DNA of 64,000 bases from assembly GCA_002104945.1 (NCBI GenBank), contig MCFH01000011.1:496001-560000 (forward strand). The letters run 5' to 3'. This document shows positions 1 through 11,811 of this stretch, in pieces. The position numbers and the translations under genes were made by a program. The notes beneath the pieces were generated by a model. The model had not been told where the DNA came from and did no database searches. It saw nothing but the letters and a program-made list of their open reading frames with translations. Positions within the stretch are counted from its first letter, which is position 1. Each line of letters starts with the position of its first letter. This DNA comes from Piromyces finnis finn. Lineage: Eukaryota; Fungi; Neocallimastigomycota.

Positions 1-448
1 TACTAAAATAGTTTATAGGGTAAAAAATAATAGATCTTATTAAACCTATATTTTTATTTCATAAATAATAATATAACAGTGTGTTTAACCCAAACTGTAA
101 TAAGGTCTATGTTTTTTTTTATCTTAAGAATTAATTATATAAATAAAGCTTTTTTTTTATTTTTAAATTACAATTAAATTTCAAATTGAAACAATATTTT
201 TTCATTTTAAGATTGGTTCACTTATTAGAAAGAATAATAAGCACATTTAAAAAAAAAAATTCTATATCACTCTCATAATATGTAATTCCATCAGAAAAAT
301 AAATACTTTAGTAGAATTAATCTAGTTGATTAATCAAATTTTAATATGAAGAATTAAATATAAACTTTAATTATTAATAGAAATTTATTAATCCATAATT
401 ACATAAAATATATTAAAATGATTTCAATTTAACTTGCTTAAATATGAG

Positions 449-650
449 GTTTACTATATACCATAATACCGTATTATTATATTTTGAAAGTTTATCATTT
501 AAAAAAGTTTTTTTGATTAGTTTTACTATATACCATATTATTATATTTTGAAAGTTTATCATTTAAAAAAGTTTTCTTGATTAGTTTTACTATATACCAT
601 ATTATTATATTTTGAAAGTTTATCATTTAAAAAAGTTTTCTTGATTAGTT
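449..650. repeat. Tandem repeat, 3 copies of a 64-bp unit (first copy has an 8-bp insertion)
   Basis: Unit TTTTACTATATACCATATTATTATATTTTGAAAGTTTATCATTTAAAAAAGTTTTCTTGATTAG starts at 521 and 585 (period 64). The copy at about 449 carries an extra ATACCGTA-like insert. Confidence 0.95.
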
Positions 651-950
651 TAACATTAATATTTATAATTCATTTTAAAAATGTATAATAAATATAATAT
701 AATTAATATTAAAATAATAAAAAAATAATATGATTATTCATCAACTTATTCATAATCTGATATTAGAAAAAATACTTTTTTTGTACATTCTCAATCTCAA
801 TAATAATTAAAAATACTATATTGATATAAATATTTTAAAAGTAATATTTTTTAAATTAGTGAATATGAAGTATTACCTATTAAATTAACTATTTTATAAT
901 ATTCAATGAATTATTTTGATGATTTAGAAAAGATACGTAAGGCAGTAAGG

Positions 951-978
951 ATGGGGGGTTCCTCTCAGGACTCCTCAT
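951..978. other. Isolated GC-rich hairpin, possibly a transposon-terminus remnant
   Basis: ATGGGGGG-T-TCCT-CTC-AGGA-CTCCTCAT: an 8-bp outer stem (two G.U pairs) plus a 4-bp inner stem, inside a roughly 100-bp GC-enriched patch in otherwise very AT-rich DNA. Confidence 0.4.
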
Positions 979-1089
979 AATTAAAACGTAAAGTATCGCA
1001 TTTTAAATCCCTGGTCAAATATCTTACCGAGCAAATAATTTCTATTATAAACCTATTAAAAATAACTAAAAATAACAATTCTATTTTTG

Positions 1090-1209
1090 AGTAATATTTA
1101 TTTTAATTTGTAGTAGATAAATAGTAATTTTAAAATAAGATATAATTGTTAGTAATATTTATTTTATTTATATTATTTTTATTTCACTACAAATAAAATA
1201 AATATTACT
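1090..1209. repeat. Inverted repeat (24/25-nt arms) enclosing about 70 bp, MITE-like or fold-back
   Basis: AGTAATATTTATTTTAATTTGTAGT (1090-1114) is the reverse complement of ACTACAAATAAAATAAATATTACT (1186-1209) apart from a 1-nt bulge. A partial direct copy of the left arm lies at 1151-1169. Confidence 0.5.
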
Positions 1210-1423
1210 AAGAGAATAAAAAATATACATTATATCACATTTAGGTATTTCTATTTTAATATTAAATTGTAATGGTATAAAGGTATAAAGAATTTATGTA
1301 AAATGTTTATATATTAACTTATTTTAAGAAAGATAATATAGAATAATACATTAATTTTATTCTCAAAACTATTAATAATAACCTAACCAATAAACAATTA
1401 CATTGATAAATTATGGTATAAAT

Positions 1424-1970
1424 GTCGTTCCAGTTTCTATCCTGGTTGTTAAGACCCCCGCTTAGCATTCATAAGGCTTCTGGTTCGACCCCCGCCATTG
1501 ACAGTTCTTTAGCGATTTTCCTGTTTCAGGTTTGCGCTTAAAGTATAGGGGTTAAAGGTCAATTCAGGTAAGTATAACTATACCACCGGACTCTACCCTA
1601 AGCAGTTAATTCAGATTGGTAGTTTTCTCCGTATCAAGCGGTTTTCCCACTGAAGTTTAGAGTATATGTAGGAAGGGGTATCAATTAATTCACAGATTAC
1701 TAACTATGGTCTTTGAGGGTTGTTCTCATCGTTAATCATCCTTCGCCAATAAAGGTTCAGGAGATCACTGGTGTTGGTAGCTCGGTCTTTGTGTGATAGG
1801 ATCGTTAAGAGCAATAAGCCATTCCATATTAGCCCTGCCCAGAGGGATGATTGTGCCGACGTCGTTCTGATATGGCAATGTACAATAATGTACAATCACA
1901 TACCATATATAACTCAGGGGGGTTAGATGAGGATATATGGAAGTCTAAAAAAAAAAAAAAAAAAAAAAAA
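1424..1970 (+). mobile_element. tRNA(Ala)-derived SINE-like retroposon with poly(A) tail and 16-bp TSD
   Basis: TSD AAATTATGGTATAAAT at 1408-1423 and 1971-1986. A-run 1947-1973 (last 3 A shared with the TSD). The head contains GCTTAGCATTCATAAGGCTTCTGGTTCGACCCCCGCCAT, resembling the 3' half of eukaryotic tRNA-Ala(AGC), with B box GGTTCGACCCC at 1482-1492. 3' stem-loop at 1903-1940. Much higher GC than the flanks. Confidence 0.88.
1431..1503 (+). promoter_or_regulatory. tRNA-like head with internal Pol III promoter (degenerate A box about 1438-1450, B box 1482-1492)
   Basis: TATCCTGGTTGTT aligns loosely with A-box TAGCTCAGTTGGT. Anticodon-loop-like TTAGCAT has AGC at 1464-1466. GGTTCGACCCC fits B-box consensus GGTTCRANNCC. 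Acceptor and anticodon stems are degenerate, so this is not a functional tRNA. Confidence 0.75.
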
Positions 1971-2734
1971 AAATTATGGTATAAATAAATTTATACTATG
2001 ATATCATAGATATATACCAGTATACGTGTCATTCACATGCAAATAATAATAAATTATTTTGATGTGGTGGTAAAAAATATTGCTTATTCTTTTAATTAAT
2101 CTAAAACATTATATATTAAATATTTATTAATATTTTATATATATATATTTTTTCAAATTTTACTTATATTTTGATCTAGAATCTTTGATAATTTTTAAAT
2201 AATAGATTTTATTACTTTAGTTATTATTACTTTTTAAAAATACAATTGAAGAATTTAATAAATGTCTTAATATTTTAATGCTTTTTTTTTTATTTATCTT
2301 AAAAGTCATTATATCTCTTTTTACTTTTTTTTTTTTTCTTTATTTCTATTTATTACCGAAATTTTTATAAACTTTAATGCTTGTTTATAATGATGAATAA
2401 AAATATATTTGAGACAAAAAATTTATATTTTGATAATTAATAAAAGGTACCATGAAAGTTTATGATATCTTGTATTATATGAAATTATATGAAATAAATA
2501 TAAATAAAGATAAGTAGTTCAATATAAATAAAATATTATTGTATAATCATTTTAGCGAATTAGACATTTGCTGGTTAAGCTCTTTTTTTTTTTTTTTTAA
2601 TGAATATCATATTTATGAATTACAACTACTAAATTAAGAATTTAGTCAATCTGAACCATAATCATTATTGAAAAAAGATTAATCTTATTTAGATATTCTA
2701 AATAAAAAGATTCAGATTAAATAAAAATTCTTGT

Positions 2735-2735
<1 letters not shown>

Positions 2736-2786
<51 letters not shown>

Positions 2787-2803
2787 TAATAATAATAATA
2801 ATA
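2736..2803. repeat. (TAA)n microsatellite
   Basis: About 22 TAA units with one CAA interruption. Confidence 0.95.
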
Positions 2804-3307
2804 AAATTAAATATAAGATAAAGAATAACAAATAGGATCATCATTATTATTATTAAAATTAATTTTTTTAATATTATAATTAACTTCTTTTATATTAATT
2901 CAAATTTAATAAATGAAATAATATATTAAAATATATTTAAAATATATAAAATCATTTGATAAATTTAATTGAAAGTATTAATTCTTTATTTAGTTTTATT
3001 AAAAAAATAATTTCGTTATGAAATTTTTTTTTTTAAAAGTTAATGTTTCTGTAAAAAAAAATTATTAAAAAATATAAAGTCCACATTATAATAATATTTA
3101 TAATAAGATATTATTTTTTTAATATAAGAAACTAAGTAGCTGTAACTATAGCATCATAAATTGTATAAGCTCAAGGAATAATAAACTGTAATAATAATAA
3201 AAAAGAAATAAGCATAAATAAAATCGTTTTTATGATTCACATTTAAAAACGAATCAAATCAAAATAGAGCCATAACAAATAAAAGTTGACTTTTATAAAA
3301 TAAAGCA

Positions 3308-3338
<31 letters not shown>

Positions 3339-4492
3339 TCGAAGATTTAATCAAATGAAATAATAATTAGATTATTAATAATTAAAGGATTCCATTGAAA
3401 AAGTGTAAAATGTAAAGTTAATATTCATTATTTATTTTTATTTTTTAAAACAATAATATGATATATATAATATATGATAAGTAAAATATTTTCACTTGAT
3501 ATATATTCATGTAATCACATAATTAATAATAATGAAAATAATGTATATGTATATAACTAATAAGTAAATAACAAAAATTAAAAATGAAATGTAAAAATTT
3601 GAATTTGAAATCAAAATAAATATTCCAACAACAAATAGTGCAAAATTTTTTCAATTATTTAAATAAAATAAGTAATAAAATTAATCAAAAATAAATAATA
3701 ATAACAAATCACATTATTAATACAGTATTGCTAATGTTTTTAATTATTCTCTTTATAAATCAATAAATAACAATTTATAAATGAAAGAAATTCACAATAA
3801 TTGGAATTATAGACTTATAATAACTTTTTGTTCATTCATATATATAAACAAATATATTAATAAAAAACAAGCTATTTATTTTTTTTTAAAAAAAAAAGGA
3901 AATAAAAAGTGGATTAAATGAAATTATAAAATGAATAAACATTATATTTTTCAGAAGAAATATTAATACACATTTGTTATATTTATTATTTCAATATATT
4001 TTATAAATTGCTATTTATAAATATAAATATTAATATCTTTTCAGATTATTATTTAAAAAATATTTAAAAATTATATTATAAAATGATAAATTATTTGGAT
4101 CTTATTAATATTTTTGTTTTCATAATATGATAATGTTTTGAATTGTAAATCCTATTGCTTATATTATATAAAAATATATATATATTTATAATAACTATAA
4201 AACTAATCTAATTTATTTTTTTTTTATATTATTTATTCTATTTTCATATAATATTTTAATTAAAAAACAAAACATACAAATAACCAAATAAATAAACAGT
4301 ACATTAATATTCAAAATATAGTATATAAATTATTAAAACAAACAAAAAAAGAGAAATCATTATTACTTAAGATATAAAAACAAAAGTAAATAATAATTAA
4401 AGAATGATCTTTATTTTCAAATTATTTTTCCAAACCATATTCTAAATGTATATATATTAAATATATTAAATCACTTTAAACAGATAAACAAA

Positions 4493-6995
4493 ATGGATAA
4501 TATGGCTACAGATAACGATTATGCCAATCATAATCAAGTAATTTTAATAAAAAAATTCGTTAATAATTTATATTGTGTTAGGTATTTTTTTATTCATTAA
4601 AATCATTATATTATTTTTTTAAATTATATTAGCATAACAAAGAAATACCAAAAAATGGACCAATAAATAGAATAAAAAATGCTTCCAAGGATGTTATTCC
4701 AATTGCTGTTGGTCCAAGACGTCAACATTCTTCACGTTTTCATGTCACTGAAAAAATTGAATTAGAAAAATTAGTTGGTTTTAAAGGTAAAATATAAGAT
4801 AGACAAAAATACAGAATTATTAATATTTATATTATAAAAATCAATTTACATATACCATATATCTATAAATATAATAAAAATTTAATGTTTTTTTCTTTTC
4901 TTTTTGAATTGATATCAAATTACAAAAATAAATAATAATTAATAAAATATTATATAAAAAAGATGTTGAAACTAGCGATCATGCAGAGTTATTCATTAAA
5001 AAGATTCAACAATGTAATGTAATTTTCGACTTTAACGATTCCCAATCTGATTTGAAAGGAAAAGAAATTAAAAGTCAAACTTTATTAGAATTAGTTGAAT
5101 ATATTACTTATAATAGAAATGTTATTACCGAAGCTGCCTATCCCGAAATCATTAGAATGGTATTTATCTATTTTTTTTTTTATTTTATTTGAGTATACTC
5201 AATTTTTTTTTCTTTTTTACAATTTTTTTATATTGATTTTAAGAATTAAAACCTATAATTTAAATTTATTTTAATATTTCCTAATTTATTTATGAAAATA
5301 AATAGTTTGCTACTAATTTATTTAGAACTATACCACCACAAGTCAATCCAGTAGGTGACGCTTTTGACCCTGAAGAAGATGAACCAGTATTAGAATTAGC
5401 TTGGCCTCATTTACAATATGTATATGAATTTTTCTTAAGATTTATTGAATCTCCAGATTTTAATGTTAATATTGCTAAACATTATATAGACCAAAAATTC
5501 ATAATTCAGGTAAGTTTTTTTTTTTAAAAAAAATAAAAAATAATACATGACTACTATTATTTAAAGTAATTATTAATTATTAACTTTTTAATATATACAT
5601 AAATATATCAATATAAAACAAACAAACAATTAACAATAATAATAATAGTTACTTGAATTATTTGATACTGAAGATCCAAGAGAAAGAGATTTTTTAAAAA
5701 CTACATTACATAGAATATATGGAAAGTTTTTAAATTTAAGAGCTTACATTAGACGTTCATTTAATAATATATTTTTCAAGTTCATATATGAAGAAGAACA
5801 ACATAATGGTATTGCTGAATTATTAGAAATTCTTGGAAGGTAAGCTATTATTATATTATTTAAAATTTTCATAGTATCTTATTTTATATAATTATTTTTG
5901 TATCAATAAAAAAGTAATCATTAATTATATTAAAATTTATTATATATAAAAATATTTATTAAAAAGTATTATTAATGGTTTTGCAATTCCATTAAAAGAT
6001 GAACATAAAGTCTTTTTAATTAGAGTATTAATTCCATTACATAAAGCAAAGTCTTTATCTATATACCACCCACAATTATCTTATTGTGTTGTTCAATTCT
6101 TAGAAAAAGATTCTACTTTAACTGAAGAGGTGGTTATGGGATTATTACGATTCTGGCCAAAGGTTAATAGTCCAAAAGAACTCATGTTTTTAAACGAAAT
6201 TGAAGAAATTCTTGATATTATTGATCCAAGTGAATTTGTAAAGATTCAAATTCCATTATTCCAACAAATTGCTAAATGCATATCTAGTCCACATTTCCAA
6301 GTTGCTGAACGTGCATTATGTTACTGGAATAACGATTATATTATTAATTTGATTGAAAATAATGCTAATGTTATTTTACCAATTATGTTCCCTGCCTTGT
6401 TTAAGAATTCAAGATCTCACTGGAATGAGTAAATTTTTTTATATTTTATTTTTTAAGAAAAATAATGAAAAGAAGAAAACAAACAAACAAACAAAAAAAA
6501 AAACTTATTAGTAGAACACTTTTATATTAAGATAAATTAAATAATATTTTCTTTATTTCAATACTTTATTTTTTTTTAAATAGAACTATTCATCAATTAG
6601 TTTTAAACGCTTTAAAGCTTATAATGAATATTAGTCCAGATTTATTTGAAATTTGTACATCTGAATACAAGCAAAACAAGCAACTGTAAGTATTTTTATT
6701 ACTAAATATCATTTAATTATTCAAAAATCTAAAATAGTATTAAAATAATTTTAATTATACCCAATATATTATATAAATATTATATAAATATTATATAATT
6801 TTTTTTTTATATTGTGTTATTTATTGAATCTTTCTAATATTATAGTGAAGCTTTAAAACAAATGGAAAGAGAAGCTGAATGGAAGAAAATAGAACAAATG
6901 GCTAAGGTAAATGCCGAAAAGATGGAAACAGAGATTAAAGAACCAAATATGAAGACATTAATGGATAATAATATAACAGGTACATTTTTTATTTA

Positions 6996-7031
<36 letters not shown>

Positions 7032-7437
7032 TAACTAAATTAGTAAATAAATAAAGCTAATTTTATATATAAATAAATAAATAAATGTATAATCTATTAT
7101 TAATAAATAGATATGGAAATTTCATATAAGGAACCAATGGAATACATTGAAAATAATGAAGAAGAAAGTTTAGATATCTTAGCACAAGAATTAGTAAATA
7201 TCAAAATATATTTATTTCTTATACAAGAGATATTAATAACAATATTAATCATTATTATTAATATATTATATTTAATAGCAAAAATTCCATGAAAATCCAG
7301 AACCACCAATATTAAGAAGAAAATCTGTTTTACCAGTCGATGAAACTGTATTAACTGAACTTTCAAGGCATAAATCTTTTGAAGATTTACTAAATAATAC
7401 TAAAAATGATAGTGAGGAATACGAACCAAGAAACTAA
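4493..7437 (+). CDS. RTS1: Protein phosphatase 2A regulatory subunit B' (B56 family), 10 exons
   Basis: Spliced exons: 4493-4537, 4633-4786, 4963-5159, 5306-5509, 5649-5839, 5967-6428, 6584-6685, 6846-6979, 7111-7193, 7279-7437. They give B56 motifs [71 protein letters not shown] and a C-terminal LRRKSVLP. Confidence 0.96.
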
Positions 7438-8692
7438 AATTAAATAATAATTTATTGTTATCATAAACATATTAAATTTATTTTACAGTATAAAATATAT
7501 AAAATATATTTTATATATTATTATTTATTATTAATTTCTCCCTAATTTTTCTCTTTTTTTTTTTTTTTTAAACCAAAAAGATTTTTTTTTTTTTTATTTT
7601 AGTATATTAGAAAAAAAAAGAAAAAAGCAATCGTTAACAATACATTCTTTTCATCATTTCTTCTTTTTTATATATAAATATATTTTCTCCTTTTTTTATT
7701 ATTATTATTATTATTTTTTATTATTATTATAATTATTGATTAATACTATTTTATTTTTCAATAAAAGCAAAATATGAAATAAATATATATATATTTTAAA
7801 AAAAAAAAAAAGATGAAAAAAAGATAATTTTATTTCAATAAAAATAAGATGGCTAATTCTACAAAATAAATAAGAAAAAAAAAAAAAAAAAAAAGAAAAA
7901 AGGGAGAAATTGAAGTAATAATAATTAAATAATAATATTATTTATATATTTTTCTTTTTCATTTTCTTTTTTAAATTATTTAACCTTTTTTTTTTTTTAT
8001 TTGTTTTTAAGAAAAAAAAAAAAAAAAAAAAGAGAAAGAAAGAGAGAAAGAAAGAGTTTATATGATTATTATATATAAATATAGTAAAATTTAATTTATA
8101 AAATAAATTTTATTAAAAAAATAATTAGAAATAAACATCAAAGAAAAAAAAAAAAAATAAATAAAAAAAATAAAAAATAATTAAAAAAATAATAAAATGA
8201 TAATTTATAAATATAAATAATTATTTGAATAATAAATAAATAAATAAATAAAAAAAAAGCAATCATTATCACTCTATCCGTATATATTATAATATAATAC
8301 AACTTTATATATAAGACGAAGTAAATAAAAACAAAAATTTAAATAAAATTTAATTTAAATATATATAAAAATTATTATAATAAAAAAATTTCATGGGTAT
8401 GTAATTAAATTGAAAAGGTACTTTTTTTTTTTTTAATATGTTTTATAGGTTTATTTGTAGAAGATCAAAAGTTATTTATAGTTAATAAATTTATATATTT
8501 AAATAATATTAATTACAAAAAAAATAGAGTAAAATAAAATTAAATATAATAAATAAAAAAGTAAAATATTTATTTTGATATTATTATTACTATTTTTTTT
8601 TTATTACTAAAAAGAACAATAAAAGAAAAAAAAAATTAAAATGATTATAAAGTTATATTGATTTATTGAACTTCTTTTGAAATAAATGGTAT

Positions 8693-11600
8693 TTATATAC
8701 TTTTTTCGGTAGTAGTTTCTTCAACGGTAGCTGTTGCTTCAGTAGTTATTTCCATTTTAGCTTCCTCTTTTTCTTTTTCTTCTTTTTCTTCTTCTTGATT
8801 AACAGCAGCTTCAGCAGCAGCCTTTTTAGCATTTTCAGCATCTTGTAAGTCAGCCATTTCTTTAATAGCTTTAGCGGAGGCAGCATAATACTCTATATAT
8901 TCTTTTGGATTCTTTGCAACAGCAGCTGCAATGGCTTTTGTACTTTGTTTTGGAGTTGGACCTGGGAAATAAGGATTATTAAAGTCATGATTTTGATAAT
9001 AATTACCATAAGGATCCCAAGATGGATGAGATTGGGCAGGTGGTGTAAGAAGAGAATGACCTTGGGAAGCATAATAATCAGCAATTTGGGATTGAGCTAA
9101 TTTTATCATTTAGGAAATATAAATAATGTAAAATAAAAGTTAAATAAAAGTAAAAATAAAATAAAATTAAATAATAATAATAATAAAGGTATAAATTATG
9201 CTCTATTTTTTTTTATTATTTATTTATTTTATTCTTGATCATTATATTATTAATAAATTACCTGAATTCTGTTGGAAATCGTGAGAGACATTTGCGCGTG
9301 GCTTTTGTATTAAAAAAATATATTAGTTGATTTTTTTTTTTTTTTTTTTTTTTTTATAATATTAAATAAAAAATGAAAATGTAAAAGAATAAGAAAAGAA
9401 AAAAAAAGGATTAATTCCATGAAAGTAAACGAAAAAAATAACAATATCAATAATAAAATTAATATTACATTTTGAGAAGCTTGAAGTCTTTCTTCAATTA
9501 ATCTTTGACAATGATCAATAGTAGAAGCAGGACCTTTATGTAATATTACACAATAAATTATATATAATTTATTAATAATTTAATTTAATAAAAAAATAAA
9601 AAATAATTAAACGTTGAAATATACCTGAAATATTAACATTCTTTTGATTAGTTCCTGGAATTTCAGTTTGATCAACATAAACTCTGCATCCAGTTTGTTC
9701 GGCTAATAATCTAATAGTTTCACCCTTTTTACCAATAACTAAACCAACAAGCTATTTTAAAAAACATAAATATAACAAAACAAACAAACAAAAAAAAAAA
9801 AAAAGACATAGAAATATTAATAAAATATTATATTGGTAAAAAAAATTTTTTTTTTTTTTGTTATTATATAATATTATAATTATGAATATTTAAATATGAA
9901 TAATTGGTTCTATTTACATCTTTATGAACTGGCATATGTCTTGTGACAATATTTGAATTATTTTGAGTTGTAGCATTTTGTTTTTGACTATTAGCTATAA
10001 GTTCATCAATTAATGCACGAGCTTTATCAATAGCTGTTTGTTCACCTGATATAGATATTGGGGCATTAGCATCTGTATTACTATTTTGGAGTACATTTAA
10101 TTTTGCACCACTTTTAATTGCAATATCTCTAATGGTATCACCATGTCTTCCAATAACTATATTATTAATTTTCATATTAAAAATATTAATAGGTAATAAT
10201 ATAATAAGTAATTATTATAACGAAAATCCATGAATTCTTATTTTTAATTAAATAGGTTATAATAAAAAATATAAACGTACTTAAACCAACAATGTTTCTT
10301 GGAATTGGTATAGTAATTTGATTTGTATTTGGTGGAAGACTATTATTATCGTGAGGTCCTGAACCTGGTCCATAATGTCCCATATTCTTTATTTTTATTA
10401 ATTCAATTTTTTTATATATAGTTAATTTTTATTTTTGTTTTATCGCATAGTTAAAATAAGAACATTGTATATTTAATTAGATATTAAATAGTATATATAT
10501 AAAATACTTAATAGTTTTTATTAATACATAAAAATGACTGTATTGAAACTACCTTTAGATTTGGTCTATTTTCAGATTCATCAATCATTGTTTGTATCAT
10601 TTGTATAGCTCTTTCAACATCATCTGGTAAACCAATAATAGTTAATCTTCTATTTGGTTCACTTGAATCTATTATATTTTATTAATAAAAATGATCATAT
10701 ATGATAATTATTGTAATAATAAATATATATATATATTTAAAAAATATAAAAAGAAAAAGATATGCTGTTAATACCATATTAATAATTCATATATAGCTTT
10801 TTATTTCATCCATAATAAATATTATATATATTGTTTATTAATATATACCTTGAGGAATTTGAACTTTACAATGAGTAGTTGCTTCTATACGTTTTAAACT
10901 TTCACCACCACGTCCTTTAAAATTGAAATAAATAAATTTTTAACATTTAAATATGAATATCTAAATTTTATATAATGTATAAATTTGAAACTAATAAATG
11001 TTTTTTATTAATTACCAATAATTAAACCCTAATTAGAATTTTATTTCATAAAATGGATTTCATTTTAATAATCAACATTTAACATAAAAATATATATATG
11101 TATCAATAAGTATATAGAAATCAATTTATAATTCTTATTTCTTAGAAACATTTATATATTATTTCTAATATGATTAAAATAATTACTGTCATGTGATTTG
11201 GAATAAGATATTCTTTTGATACTGTTCCTGGATTTGCATTTCCATTAAATAATTGACGTGCTTCCATATCTTTTTGTCTTCTCTCTTCCGAACCAAGTCC
11301 AAAACGAGGTTTATCAACTTTTATATTATTTATTAAGAAACCAAAATTATTTTTATAAAAAATCCAAAAAAAAAAAAAAAAAAAGAAATCTATAAGTTTA
11401 AAAGCACATTTTAAATATTAAATATTTATAAAAATATATATTTACATCCATATTCTGGACGAGAAAATTGACGTTTTGAATCTCTTGATTCATCAATATG
11501 ATTTGCATCTTCTCTTGATCTTTTGTTTTGTAAATCTTCAATATTAATTATTAAAAATGAAACATAAAATTTTGAGATTTCATAAGTAAGATTATTTATG

Positions 11601-11811
11601 ATAAGAGTAATGATTTATCGTTTTTAAGATTTGAAATGTATATATATAATAATTTATTATTGAATTTAATGATTCATTTATAGAATATTATAAATTTCTC
11701 TATATTACTAATGAAAAACTTTTTATATGAAATTTGTTATATACCTCCTCCTAATGATAAACTTTGTGCAATTTGCTTTGCACGCTCTACTGGATCCATT
11801 GCATCACTCAT
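8693..11811 (-). CDS. Three-KH-domain RNA-binding protein, FUBP/KHSRP-like
   Basis: ATG at 11811 (MSDAMDPVERAKQIAQ). Three KH loops after splicing: GLIIGRGGESLKRI, GLIIGRHGDTIRDI and GLVIGKKGETIRLL. Tyr-rich C-terminal boxes (IADYYA, YIEYYA) resemble the FUBP C-terminus. Stop at 8693-8695. Confidence 0.85.

Noticed and set aside
1431-1503. Functional tRNA-Ala(AGC) gene
   Set aside because: The acceptor and anticodon stems do not pair properly, there is no T-run terminator after it, and it is embedded in a TSD-flanked poly(A) element.
1565-1575. U1 snRNA gene on the minus strand (ATACTTACCTG)
   Set aside because: The sequence following the 11-mer shows no recognisable U1 stem-loops or properly placed Sm site. 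It is better read as a plus-strand 5' splice site.
1704-1895. 63-aa minus-strand ORF
   Set aside because: It is antisense to the SINE body, has no recognisable motif, and is expected by chance in GC-richer DNA.
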